The position numbers and the translations under genes were made by a program. Under the pieces are notes generated by a model. The model made no database searches. It was not told where the DNA came from and saw nothing but the letters and a program-made list of their open reading frames with translations. Shown here piece after piece: positions 50,801 to 64,000 of a stretch of DNA of 64,000 bases (within the stretch, counting starts at the first letter, position 1; each line of letters starts with the position of its first letter). The DNA comes from Balanoglossus misakiensis (taxonomy: Eukaryota > Animalia > Hemichordata): positions 10,986,894-11,050,893 of the forward strand of contig CM082589.2 of NCBI GenBank assembly GCA_040954595.2. Direction: 5' to 3'.

Positions 50801-53800
50801 AAAAAATCATGTGTGAAAATCATCAAAAAATGACAAATTTTCGACTTTGCAAAATCTCAAAATTTCGTCAATTTTTGAAAAAATCATGGGTGAAAATCAT
50901 CAAAAAATGACAAATTTTCGTCTTTGCAAAATCTCAACATTTCGTCCATTTTAAAAAAAAAACGGGGGAAAATCATCAAAAAATGACAAATTTTCGACTT
51001 TGCAAAATCTCAAAATTTCGTCGATTTTTGAAAAAAATCATGGGTGAAAATTATCAAAAAATGACAAATTTTCGACTTTGCAAAATCTCAAAATTTCGTC
51101 AATTTTTGAAAAAATCATGGGTGAAAATCATCAAAAAATGACAAATTTTGAAAAAAAAACGGGTGAAAATCATCAAAAAATGACACATTTTCGTCGACTT
51201 TGCAAAATCTCAAAATTCCGTCGATTTTTGAAAAAAATCATGGGTGAAAATCATCAAAAAATGACAAATTTTCGACTTTGCAAAATCTCAAAATTTTTTC
51301 GATTTTTGAAAAAAGACATGGGTGAAAATCATCAAAAAATGACAAATTTTCGACTTTGCAAAATCTCAAAATTTCGTCGATTTTTGAAAAAAATCATGGG
51401 GGAAAATCATGAAAAAAATGACAAATTTTCCTCTTTGCAAAATCTCAAAATTTCGTCGATTTTTAAAAAAAGACATGGGTGAAAATCATCAAAAAATAAC
51501 AAATTTTCGACTTTGCAAAATCTCAAAATTTCGTCCATTTTGAAAAAAATCATGGGTGAAAATCATCAAAAAATGACAAATTTTCGACTTTGCAAAATCT
51601 CAAAATTTCGTCGATTTTTGAAAAAAATCATGGGTGAAAATCATCAAAAAAATGACGAATTTTCGACTTTGCAAAATCTCAAAATTTGTTTGATTTTTGA
51701 AAAAAATCATAGGTGAAAATCATCAAAAAATGACAAATTTTCGACTTTGCAAAATCTCAAAATTTCGTCGATTTTTGAAAAAAATCATGGGTGAAAATCA
51801 TCAAAAAAATGACAAATTTTCGACTTTGCAAAATCTCAAAATTTTGTTGATTTTTGAAAAAAATCATAGGTGAAAATCATCAAAAAATGACAAATTTTCG
51901 ACTTTGCAAAATCTCAAAATTTCGTCGATTTTTGAAGAAAATCATGGGTGAAAATCATCAAAAAATGACAAATTTTCGACTTTGCAAAATCTCAAAATTT
52001 TTTCGATTTTTGAAAAAAGACATGGGTGAAAATCATCAAAAAATGACAAATTTTCGACTTTGCAAAATCTCAAAATTTCGTCGATTTTTAAAAAAAATCA
52101 TGGGGGAAAATCATGAAAAAAATGACAAATTTTCCTCTTTGCAAAATCTCAAAATTTCGTCGATTTTTAAAAAAAGACATGGGTGAAAATCATCAAAAAA
52201 TAACAAATTTTCGACTTTGCAAAATCTCAAAATTTCGTCCATTTTTGAAAAAAAATCATGGGTAAAAATCATCAAAAAATGACAAATTTTGAAAAAAAAA
52301 CGGGTGAAAATCATCAAAAAATGACACATTTTCGTCGACTTTGCAAAATCTCAAAATTCCGTCGATTTTTGAAAAAAATCATGGGTGAAAATCATCAAAA
52401 AATGACAAATTTTCGACTTTGCAAAATCTCAAAATTTTTTCGATTTTTGAAAAAAGACATGGGTGAAAATCATCAAAAAATGACAAATTTTCGACTTTGC
52501 AAAATCTCAAAATTTCGTCGATTTTTGAAAAAAATCATGGGGGAAAATCATGAAAAAAATGACAAATTTTCCTCTTTGCAAAATCTCAAAATTTCGTCGA
52601 TTTTTAAAAAAAGACATGGGTGAAAATCATCAAAAAATAACAAATTTTCGACTTTGCAAAATCTCAAAATTTCGTCCATTTTGAAAAAAATCATGGGTGA
52701 AAATCATCAAAAAATGACAAATTTTCGACTTTGCAAAATCTCAAAATTTCGTCGATTTTTGAAAAAAATCATGGGTGAAAATCATCAAAAAAATGACGAA
52801 TTTTCGACTTTGCAAAATCTCAAAATTTGTTTGATTTTTGAAAAAAATCATAGGTGAAAATCATCAAAAAATGACAAATTTTCGACTTTGCAAAATCTCA
52901 AAATTTCGTCGATTTTTGAAAAAAATCATGGGTGAAAATCATCAAAAAAATGACAAATTTTCGACTTTGCAAAATCTCAAAATTTTGTTGATTTTTGAAA
53001 AAAATCATAGGTGAAAATCATCAAAAAATGACAAATTTTCGACTTTGCAAAATCTCAAAATTTCGTCGATTTTTGAAGAAAATCATGGGTGAAAATCATC
53101 AAAAAATGACAAATTTTCGACTTTGCAAAATCTCAAAATTTTTTCGATTTTTGAAAAAAGACATGGGTGAAAATCATCAAAAAATGACAAATTTTCGACT
53201 TTGCAAAATCTCAAAATTTCGTCGATTTTTAAAAAAAATCATGGGGGAAAATCATGAAAAAAATGACAAATTTTCCTCTTTGCAAAATCTCAAAATTTCG
53301 TCGATTTTTAAAAAAAGACATGGGTGAAAATCATCAAAAAATAACAAATTTTCGACTTTGCAAAATCTCAAAATTTCGTCCATTTTTGAAAAAAAATCAT
53401 GGGTAAAAATCATCAAAAAATGACAAATTTTGAAAAAAAAACGGGTGAAAATCATCAAAAAATGACACATTTTCGACTTTGCAAAATCTCAAAATTTCGT
53501 CGATTTTTGAAAAAAAATCATGGGTGAAAATCATCAAAAAATGACAAATTTTAGTCTTTGCAAAATCTCAAAATTTCGTCCATTTCTGAAAAAAAATTAT
53601 GGGTAAAAATCATCAAAAATGACAAATTTTCATCTTTGCAAAATCTCAAATTTTCGTCGATTTTTGAAAAAAAATCATGGTTGAAAATCATCAAAAAATG
53701 ACAAAATTTTCGACTTTGCAAAATCTCAAAATTTCGTCGATTTTTGAAAAAAATCATGGGGGAAAATCATGAAAAAATGACAAATTTTCCTCTTTGCAAA

Positions 53801-56800
53801 ATCTCAAAATTTCGTCGATTTTTGAAAAAAAATCATGGGTGAAAATCATCAAAAAATGACAAATTTTCGTCTTTGCAAAATCTCAAAATTTCGTCCATTT
53901 TTGAAAAAAATCATGGGTGAAAATCATCAAAAAATGACAAATTTTCGACTTTGCAAAATCTCAACATTTCGTCAATTTTTGAAGAAAATCATGGGTGAAA
54001 ATCATCAAAAAATGACAAATTTTCGACTTTGCAAAATCTCAAAATTTTTTCGATTTTTGAAAAAAGACATGGGTGAAAATCATCAAAAAATGACAAATTT
54101 TCGACTTTGCAAAATCTCAAAATTTCGTCGATTTTTGAAAAAAATCATGGGGGAAAATCATGAAAAAAATGACAAATTTTCCTCTTTGCAAAATCTCAAA
54201 ATTTCGTCGATTTTTAAAAAAAGACATGGGTGAAAATCATCAAAAAATAACAAATTTTCGACTTTGCAAAATCTCAAAATTTCGTCCATTTTTGAAAAAA
54301 AATCATGGGTAAAAATCATCAAAAAATGACAAATTTTGAAAAAAAAAACGGGTGAAAATCATCAAAAAATGACACATTTTCGACTTTGCAAAATCTCAAA
54401 ATTTCGTCGATTTTTGAAAAAAAATCATGGGTGAAAATCATCAAAAAATGACAAATTTTCGTCTTTGCAAAATCTCAAAATTTCGTCCATTTCTGAATAA
54501 AAATTATGGGTAAAAATCATCAAAAATGACAAATTTTCATCTTTGCAAAATCTCAAATTTTCGTCGATTTTTGAAAAAAAATCATGGTTGAAAATCATCA
54601 AAAAATGACAAAATTTTCGACTTTGCAAAATCTCAAAATTTCGTCGATTTTTGAAAAAAATCATGGGGGAAAATCATGAAAAAATGACAAATTTTCCTCT
54701 TTGCAAAATCTCAAAATTTCGTCGATTTTTGAAAAAAAATCATGGGTGAAAATCATCAAAAAATGACAAATTTTCGTCTTTGCAAAATCTCAAAATTTCG
54801 TCCATTTTTGAAAAAAATCATGGGTGAAAATCATCAAAAAATGACAAATTTTCGACTTTGCAAAATCTCAACATTTCGTCAATTTTTGAAAAAATCATGG
54901 GTGAAAATCATCAAAAAATGACAAATTTTCGACTTTGCAAAATCTCAAAATTTCGTCGATTTTTGAAAAAAATCATGGGGGAAAATCATGAAAAAATGAC
55001 AAATTTTCCTCTCTGCAAAATCTCAAAATTTCGTCGATTTTTGAAAAAAAATCATGGGTGAAAATCATCAAAAAATGACAAATTTTCGTCTTTGCAAAAT
55101 CTCAAAATTTCGTCCATTTTTGAAAAAAAATCATGGGTAAAAATCATCAAAAATGACAAATTTTCGTCTTTGCAAAATCTCAAATTTTCGTCGATTTTTG
55201 AAAAAAAATCATTGTTGAAAATCATCAAAAAATGACAAAATTTTCGACTTTGTAAAATCACAAAATTTCGTCGATTTTGAAAAAAATCATAGGTTCGTCA
55301 ATTTTTAAAAAAAAAACATGGGTGAAAATCATCAAAAAATGACAAATTTTGAAAAAAAAACGGGTGAAAATCATCAAAAAATGACACATTTTCGTCGACT
55401 TTGCAAAATCTCAAAATTTCGTCGATTTTTGAAAAAAATCATGGGGGAAAATCATGAAAAAATGACAAATTTTCCTCTTCGCAAAATCTCAAAATTTCGT
55501 CGATTTTTAAAAAAAGACATGGGTGAAAATCATCAAAAAATGACAAATTTTCGTCTTTGCAAAATCTCACAATTTCGTCGATTTTTGAAAAAAATCATGT
55601 GTGAAAATCATCAAAAAATGACAAATTTTCGACTTTGCAAAATCTCAAAATTTCGTCAATTTTTGAAAAAATCATGGGTGAAAATCATCAAAAAATGACA
55701 AATTTTCGTCTTTGCAAAATCTCAACATTTCGTCCATTTTAAAAAAAAAACGGGGGAAAATCATCAAAAAATGACAAATTTTCGACTTTGCAAAATCTCA
55801 AAATTTCGTCGATTTTTGAAAAAAATCCTGGGTGGAAATCATCAAAAAATGACAAATTTTCGACTTTGCAAAATCTCAAAATTTCGTCAATTTTTGAAAA
55901 AATCATGGGTGAAAATCATCAAAAAATGACAAATTTTGAAAAAAAAACGGGTGAAAATCATCAAAAAATGACAAATTTTCGTCTTTGCAAAATCTCAAAA
56001 TTTCGTCCATTTTTGAAAAAAAATCATGGTTGAAAATCATCAAAAAATGACAAAATTTTCGACTTTGTAAAATCACAAAATTTCGTCGATTTTGAAACAA
56101 ATCATAGGTTCGTCGATTTTTTAAAAAAAAACATGTGTGAAAATCATCAAAAAATGACAAATTTTGAAAAAAAAACAGGTGAAAATCATCAAAAAATGAC
56201 ACATTTTCGTCGACTTTGCAAAATCTCAAAATTTCGTCGATTTTTGAAAAAAATCATGGGGGAAAATCATGAAAAAATGACAAATTTTCCTCTGCAAAAT
56301 CTCAAAATTTCGTCCATTTTTTAAAAAAAATCATGGGTAAAAATCATCAAAAAATGACAAATTTTCGTCTTTGCAAAATCTCACAATTTCGTAGATTTTT
56401 GAAAAAAATCATGTGTGAAAATCATCAAAAAATGACAAATTTTCGACTTTGCAAAATCTCAAAATTTCGTCAATTTTTGAAAAAATCATGGGTGAAAATC
56501 ATCAAAAAATGACAAATTTTCGTCTTTGCAAAATCTCAAAATTTCGTCCATTTAAAAAAAAAAACGGGGGAAAATCATCAAAAAATGACAAATTTTCGAC
56601 TTTGCAAAATCTCAAAATTTCGTCGATTTTTGAAAAAAATCATGGGTGAAAATCATCAAAAAATGACAAATTTTCGACTTTGCAAAATCTCAAAATTTCG
56701 TCAATTTTTGAAAAAATCGTGGGTGAAAATCATCAAAAAATGACAAATTTTCGTCTTTGCAAAATCTCAAAATTTCGTCGGTTTTTGAAAAATAATATGG

Positions 56801-59800
56801 GTGAAAATCATCTAAAAATGACAAATTTTTGACTGCAAAATCTCAAAATTTCGTAGATTTTTGAAAAAAATCATGTGTGAAAATCATCAAAAAATGACAA
56901 ATTTTCGACTTTGCAAAATCTCAAAATTTCGTCAATTTTTGAAAAAATCATGGGTGAAAATCATCAAAAAATGACAAATTTTCGTCTTTGCAAAATCTCA
57001 AAATTTCGTCCATTTAAAAAAAAAAACGGGGGAAAATCATCAAAAAATGACAAATTTTCGACTTTGCAAAATCTCAAAATTTCGTCGATTTTTGAAAAAA
57101 ATCATGGGTGAAAATCATCAAAAAATGACAAATTTTCGACTTTGCAAAATCTCAAAATTTCGTCAATTTTTAAAAAAAATCATGGGTGAAAATCATCAAA
57201 AAATGACAAATTTTCGTCTTTGCAAAATCTCAAAATTTCGTCGGTTTGAAAAAATGACAAAATTTTCGACTTTGTAAAATCACAAAATTTCGTCGATTTT
57301 TGAAAAAAATCATGGGGGAAAATCATGAAAAAATGACAAATTTTCCTCTTTGCAAAATCTCAAAATTTCGTCGATTTTTGAAAAAAAATCATGGTTGAAA
57401 ATCATCAAAAAATGACAAATTTTCGTCTTTGCAAAATCTCAAAATTTCGTCCATTTTTGAAAAAAAATCATGGTTGAAAATCATCAAAAAATGACAAAAT
57501 TTTCGACTTTGTAAAATCACAAAATTTCGTCGATTTTGAAACAAATCATAGGTTCGTCGATTTTTTAAAAAAAAACATGTGTGAAAATCATCAAAAAATG
57601 ACAAATTTTGAAAAAAAAACAGGTGAAAATCATCAAAAAATGACACATTTTCGTCGACTTTGCAAAATCTCAAAATTTCGTCGATTTTTGAAAAAAATCA
57701 TGGGGGAAAATCATGAAAAAATGACAAATTTTCCTCTGCAAAATCTCAAAATTTCGTCCATTTTTAAAAAAAAATCATGGGTAAAAATCATCAAAAAATG
57801 ACAAATTTTCGTCTTTGCAAAATCTCACAATTTCGTAGATTTTTGAAAAAAATCATGTGTGAAAATCATCAAAAAATGACAAATTTTCGACTTTGCAAAA
57901 TCTCAAAATTTCGTCAATTTTTGAAAAAATCATGGGTGAAAATCATCAAAAAATGACAAATTTTCGTCTTTGCAAAATCTCAAAATTTCGTCCATTTAAA
58001 AAAAAAAACGGGGGAAAATCATCAAAAAATGACAAATTTTCGACTTTGCAAAATCTCAAAATTTCGTCGATTTTTGAAAAAAATCATGGGTGAAAATCAT
58101 CAAAAAATGACAAATTTTCGACTTTGCAAAATCTCAAAATTTCGTCAATTTTTGAAAAAATCGTGGGTGAAAATCATCAAAAAATGACAAATTTTCGTCT
58201 TTGCAAAATCTCAAAATTTCGTCGGTTTTTGAAAAATAATATGGGTGAAAATCATCAAAAAATGACAAATTTTTGACTGCAAAATCTCAAAATTTCGTAG
58301 ATTTTTGAAAAAAATCATGTGTGAAAATCATCAAAAAATGACAAATTTTCGACTTTGCAAAATCTCAAAATTTCGTCGATTTTTGAAAAAAATCATGGGT
58401 GAAAATCATCAAAAAATGACAAATTTTCGACTTTGCAAAATCTCAAAATTTCGTCAATTTTTAAAAAAAAATCATGGGTGAAAATCATCAAAAAATGACA
58501 AATTTTCGTCTTTGCAAAATCTCAAAATTTCGTCGGTTTTTGAAAAATAATATGGGTGAAAATCATCAAAAAATGACAAATTTTTGACTGCAAAATCTCA
58601 AAATTTCGTCGATTTTTGAAAAAAATTATGGGTGAAAATCATCAAAAAATGACAAATTTTCGGCTTTGCAAAATCTCAAAATTTCGTCGGTTTTGAAAAA
58701 AATCATGGGTTCGTCGATTTTTTTAAATAAAAACATGGGTGAAAATCATCAAAAAATGACAAATGTTCGACTTTGCAAAATCTAAAAATTTCGTTGATTT
58801 TTGAAAAAAAATCATGGGTGAAAATCATCAAAAAATGACAAATTTTCGTCTTTGCAAAATCTCAAAATTTCGTCCATTTTTGAAAAAAAATCATGGGTAA
58901 AAATCATCAAAAATGACAAATTTTCGTCTTTGCAAAATCTCAAATTTTCGTCGATTTTTGAAAAAAAATCATGGTTGAAAATCATCAAAAAATGACAAAA
59001 TTTTCGACTTTGCAAAATCTCAAAATTTCGTCGATTTTTGAAAAAAATCATGGGTGAAAATCATCAAAAATGACAAATTTTCGACTTTGCAAAATCTATA
59101 AATTTCGTCAATTTTTAAAAAAAAATCATGGGTGAAAATCATCAAAAAATGACAAATTTTCGTCTTTGCAAAATCTCAAAATTTCGTCGGTTTTTGAAAA
59201 ATAATATGGGTGAAAATCATCAAAAAATGACAAATTTTTGACTGCAAAATCTCAAAATTTCGTCGATTTTTGAAAAAAATTATGGGTGAAAATCATCAAA
59301 AAATGACAAATTTTCGACTTTGCAAAATCTCAAAATTTCGTCGGTTTTGAAAAAAATCATGGGTTCGTCGATTTTTTTAAATAAAAACATGGGTGAAAAT
59401 CATCAAAAAATGACAAATGTTCGACTTTGCAAAATCTAAAAATTTCGTCGATTTTTGAAAAAAAATCATGGGTGAAAATCATCAAAAAATGACAAATTTT
59501 CGTCTTTGCAAAATCTCAAAATTTCGTCCATTTTTGAAAAAAAATCATGGGTAAAAATCATCAAAAATGACAAATTTTCGTCTTTGCAAAATCTCAAATT
59601 TTCGTCGATTTTTGAAAAAAAATCATGGTTGAAAATCATCAAAAAATGACAAAATTTTCGACTTTGTAAAATCACAAAATTTCGTCGATTTTGAAAAAAA
59701 TCATAGGTTCGTCGATTTTTTAAGAAAAAACATGGGTGAAAATCATCAAAAAATGACAAATTTTGAAAAAAAAACGGGTGAAAATCATCAAAAAATGACA

Positions 59801-62800
59801 CATTTTCGTCGACTTTGCAAAATCTCAAAATTTCGTCGATTTTTGAAAAAAATCATGGGGGAAAATCATGAAAAAATGACAAATTTTCCTCTTTGCAAAA
59901 TCTCAAAATTTCGTCCATTTTTGAAAAAAAATCATGGGTAAAAATCATCAAAAATGACAAATTTTCGACTTTGCAAAATCTCAAAATTTCGTCAATTTTT
60001 GAAAAAAATCATGGGAGAAAATCATCAAAAAATGACAAATTTTGAAAAAAAAAAAACGGGTGAAAATCATCAAAAAATGACACATTTTCCTCTGCAAAAT
60101 CTCAAAATTTCGTCGTTTTTTGAAAAAAAATCATTGGTGAAAATCATCAAAAAATGACAAATTTTCGTCTTTGCAAAATCTCAAAATTTCGTCCATTTTT
60201 GAAAAAAAATCATGGGTAAAAATCATCAAAAATGACAAATTTTCGTCTTTGCAAAATCTCAAATTTTTGTCGATTTTTGAAAAAAATCATGGGGGAAAAT
60301 CATGAAAAAATGACAAATTTTCCTCTTTGCAAAATCTCAAAATTTCGTCGATTTTTGAAAAAAATCATGGGTGAAAATCATGAAAAAATGACAAATTTTC
60401 CTCTTTGCAAAATATCAAAATTTCGTCGTTTTTTGAAAAAAAATCATGGGTAAAAATCATCAAAAATGACAAATTTTCGACTTTGCAAAATCTCAAATTT
60501 TTGTCGATTTTTGAAAAAAATCATGGGGGAAAATCATGAAAAAATGACAAATTTTCCTCTTTGCAAAATCTCAAAATTTCGTCGATTTTTGAAAAAAATC
60601 ATGGGTGAAAATCATGAAAAAATGACAAATTTTCCTCTTTGCAAAATATCAAAATTTCGTCGTTTTTTGAAAAAAAATCATGGGTAAAAATCATCAAAAA
60701 TGACAAATTTTCGACTTTGCAAAATCTCAAATTTTTGTCGATTTTTGAAAAAAATCATGGGGGAAAATCATGAAAAAATGACAAATTTTCCTCTTTGCAA
60801 AATCTCAAAATTTCGTCGATTTTTGAAAAAAATCATGGGTGAAAATCATGAAAAAATGACAAATTTTCCTCTTTGCAAAATATCAAAATTTCGTCGTTTT
60901 TTGAAAAAAAATCATGGGTAAAAATCATCAAAAATGACAAATTTTCGTCTTTGCAAAATCTCAAATTTTCGTCGATTTTTGAAAAAAAATCATGGTTGAA
61001 AATCATCAAAAAATGACAAAATTTTCGACTTTGTAAAATCACAAAATTTCGTCGATTTTGAAAAAAATCATAGGTTCGTCGATTTTTAAAAAAAAAAACA
61101 TGGGTGAAAATCATCAAAAAATGACACATTTTGAAAAAAAACGGTTGAAAATCATCAAAAAATGACACATTTTCGTCGACTTTGCAAAATCTCAAAATTT
61201 CGTCGATTTTTGAAAAAAATCATGGGGGAAAATCATGAAAAAATGACAAATTTTCCTCTTTGCAAAATCTCAAAATTTCGTCGATTTTTAAAAAAAGACA
61301 TGGGTGAAAATCATCAAAAAATAACAAATTTTCGACTTTGCAAAACCTCAAAATTTCGTCCATTTTTGAAAAAAAATCATGGGTAAAAATCATCAAAAAA
61401 TGAAAAATTTTCGTCTTTGCAAAATCTCACAATTTCGTCGATTTTTGAAAAAAATCATGTGTGAAAATCATCAAAAAATGACAAATTTTCGACTTTGCAA
61501 AACCTCAAAATTTCGTCCATTTTTGAAAAAAAATCATGGGTAAAAATCATCAAAAAATGACAAATTTTCGTCTTTGCAAAATCTCACAATTTCGTCGATT
61601 TTTGAAAAAAATCATGTGTGAAAATCATCAAAAAATGACAAATTTTCGACTTTGCAAAATCTCAAAATTTCGTCAATTTTTGAAAAAATCATGGGTGAAA
61701 ATCATCAAAAAATGACAAATTTTCCTCTTTGCAAAATCTATAAATTTCGTCGATTTTTGAAAAATTTTCAACTTTGCAAAATCTCAAAATTTCGTCGATT
61801 TTTGAAAAAAATCATGGGGGAAAATCATCAAAAAATGACAAATTTTCGACTGCAAAATCTCAAAATTTCGTCGATTTTTGAAATAAATCATTGTTGAAAA
61901 TTATCAAAAATTGACAAATTTTCCTTTTTGCAAAATCTCAAAATTTCGTCGATTTTTTGAAAAAAGACGGGTGAAAATCATCTAAAAATGACAAATTTTC
62001 GACTTTGCAAAATCTCAAAATTTCGTTGATTTTTGAAAAAAATCATGGGGGAAAATCATCAAAAATGACAAATTTACGACTACAAAATCTCAAAATTTCG
62101 TCGATTTGTGAAAAAAAATCATGGGTGAAAATCATCAAAAAATGACAAATTTTTGACTTTGCACAATCTCAAAATTTCGTCAATTTTGAAAAAAATCATG
62201 GGTGAAAATCATCAAAAAATGACAAATTTTCGACTTTGCAAAATCTGAAAATTTCATCGATTTTTGAAAAAATCATGGGTGAAAATCATGAAAAAATGAC
62301 AAATTTTCGACTTTGCAAAATCTCAAAATTTCGTCGATTTTTGAAAAAAATCATGGGGAAAATGATCAAAAAATGACAAATTTTCGACTGCAAAATTTCA
62401 AAATTTCGTCAATTTTGAAAAAATCATGGGTGAAAATCATCAAAAAATGACAAATTTTCGACTGCAAAATCTCAAAATTTCGTCGATTTTTGAAAAAAAA
62501 CGGGTGAAAATCATCAAAAAATGACAAATTTTCGACTGCAAAAACTCAAAATTTCGTCAATTTTGAAAAAAATCATGGGTGAAAATCATCAAAAAATGAC
62601 AAATTTTCCTCTTTGCAAAATCTATAAATTTCGTCGATTTTTGAAAAATTTTCAACTTTGCAAAATCTCAAAATTTCGTCAATTTTTGAAAAAAATCATG
62701 GGGGAAAATCATCAAAAAATGACAAATTTTCGACTGCAAAATCTCAAAATTTCGTCGATTTTTGAAATAAATCATTGTTGAAAATTATCAAAAAATGACA

Positions 62801-64000
62801 AATTTTCCTCTTTACAAAATCACAAAATTTCGTCGATTTTTTGAAAAAAGACGGGTGAAAATCATCTAAAAATGACAAATTTTCGACTTTGCAAAATCTC
62901 AAAATTTCGTTGATTTTTGAAAAAAATCATGGGGGAAAATCATCAAAAAATGACAAATTTTCGACTTTGCAAAATCTCAAAATTTTGCCAATTTTGAAAA
63001 AATCATGGGTGAAAATCATCAAAAAATGACAAATTTTTTACTGCAAAATCTCAAATTTTCGTCGATTTTTTAAAAAAATTGTTGAAAATCATCAAAAAAT
63101 GACAAATTTTTGACTGCAAAATCTCAAAATTTCGTCGATTTTTGAAAAAATATCATTGTTGAAAATCATCAAAAAATGACAAATTTTCCTCTTTGCAAAA
63201 TCTCAAAATTTCGTCGATTTTTGAAAAAAGACATGGGTGAAAATCATCAAAAAATGACAAATTTTCGACTTTGCAAAATCTCAAAATTTCGTCGATTTTT
63301 GAAAAAATCATGGGTGAAAATCATGAAAAAATGACAAATTTTCGACTTTGCAAAATCTGAAAATTTCGTCGATTTTTGAAAAAAATCATGGGGGAAAATG
63401 ATCAAAAAATGACAAATTTTCGACTGCAAAATCTCAAAATTTCGTCAATTTTGAAAAAAATCATGGTCGAAAATCATCAAATAATGACAATTTTTTTACT
63501 GCAAAATCTCAAAATTTCATCGATTTTTGAAAAAAATCATGGGTGAAAATCATCAAAAAATGACAAATTTTCGACTTTGCAAAATCTCAAAATTTCGTCG
63601 ATTTTTGAAGAAAATCAAGGGTGAAAATCATCAAAAAATGACAAATTTTCGACTTTGCAAAATCTCAAAATTTCGTCGATTTTTGAAAAAAATCATGGGG
63701 AAAATGATCAAAAAATGACAAATTTTCGACTGCAAAATTTCAAAATTTCGTCAATTTTGAAAAAATCATGGGTGAAAATCATCAAAAAATGACAAATTTT
63801 CGACTGCAAAATCTCAAAATTTCGTCGATTTTTGAAAAAAAAACGGGTGAAAATCATCAAAAAATTACAAATTTTCGACTGCAAAAACTCAAAATTTCGT
63901 CAATTTTGAAAAAAATCATGGGTGAAAATCATCAAAAAATGACAAATTTTCCTCTTTGCAAAATCTATAAATTTCGTCGATTTTTGAAAAATTTTCAACT
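44804..64000. repeat. Satellite DNA array, 78-bp monomer, running off the window end
   Basis: Consensus TGGGTGAAAATCATCAAAAAATGACAAATTTTCGACTTTGCAAAATCTCAAAATTTCGTCGATTTTTGAAAAAAATCA; spurious ORFs show a 26-aa period. Confidence 0.98.

Noticed and set aside
44854-63718. Numerous ORFs with MGENHQKMTNFRLCKISKFRRFLKKI repeats
   Set aside because: Artefact of a 78-bp monomer (multiple of 3, stop-free in some frames); frames are broken at random by homopolymer indels.
44804-64000. CENP-B box or telomeric repeat
   Set aside because: No TTCG-N4-A-N2-CGGG match or TTAGGG array was seen.

Overview
This is AT-rich animal (most likely invertebrate) genomic DNA made almost entirely of repeats, with no recognisable intact host gene. 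From left to right: (1) a degenerate ~170-bp tandem repeat and MITE-like fragments (0.9-3.8 kb). (2) A spliced, frameshifted hAT-type (ZNF862/C17orf113-like) transposase pseudogene (4.9-6.0 kb). (3) A ~29-kb cluster of Helentron-type rolling-circle elements (6.1-34.9 kb), containing one apparently autonomous element with an uninterrupted ~2370-aa OTU-ZnF-Rep(HUH)-PIF1 helicase-AP endonuclease ORF and seven ~1.1-1.7-kb non-autonomous relatives. (4) An older non-autonomous Helentron interrupted by an L2-like LINE and an RTE-X-like LINE that itself carries a TTAA-targeting MITE (34.9-40.3 kb). (5) Foldback MITEs and microsatellites (41-43.3 kb). (6) A >19-kb array of a 78-bp A-tract satellite with multi-level higher-order repeats (44.8 kb to the end). 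The most striking feature is that the eight Helentron 5' ends and eight 3' hairpins pair like balanced parentheses, with subfamily-specific end sequences matching in last-in-first-out order. This implies repeated insertion into the (GAAA)n tract just inside the elements' own 3' ends. All family assignments come from motifs read by eye; no searches were run.
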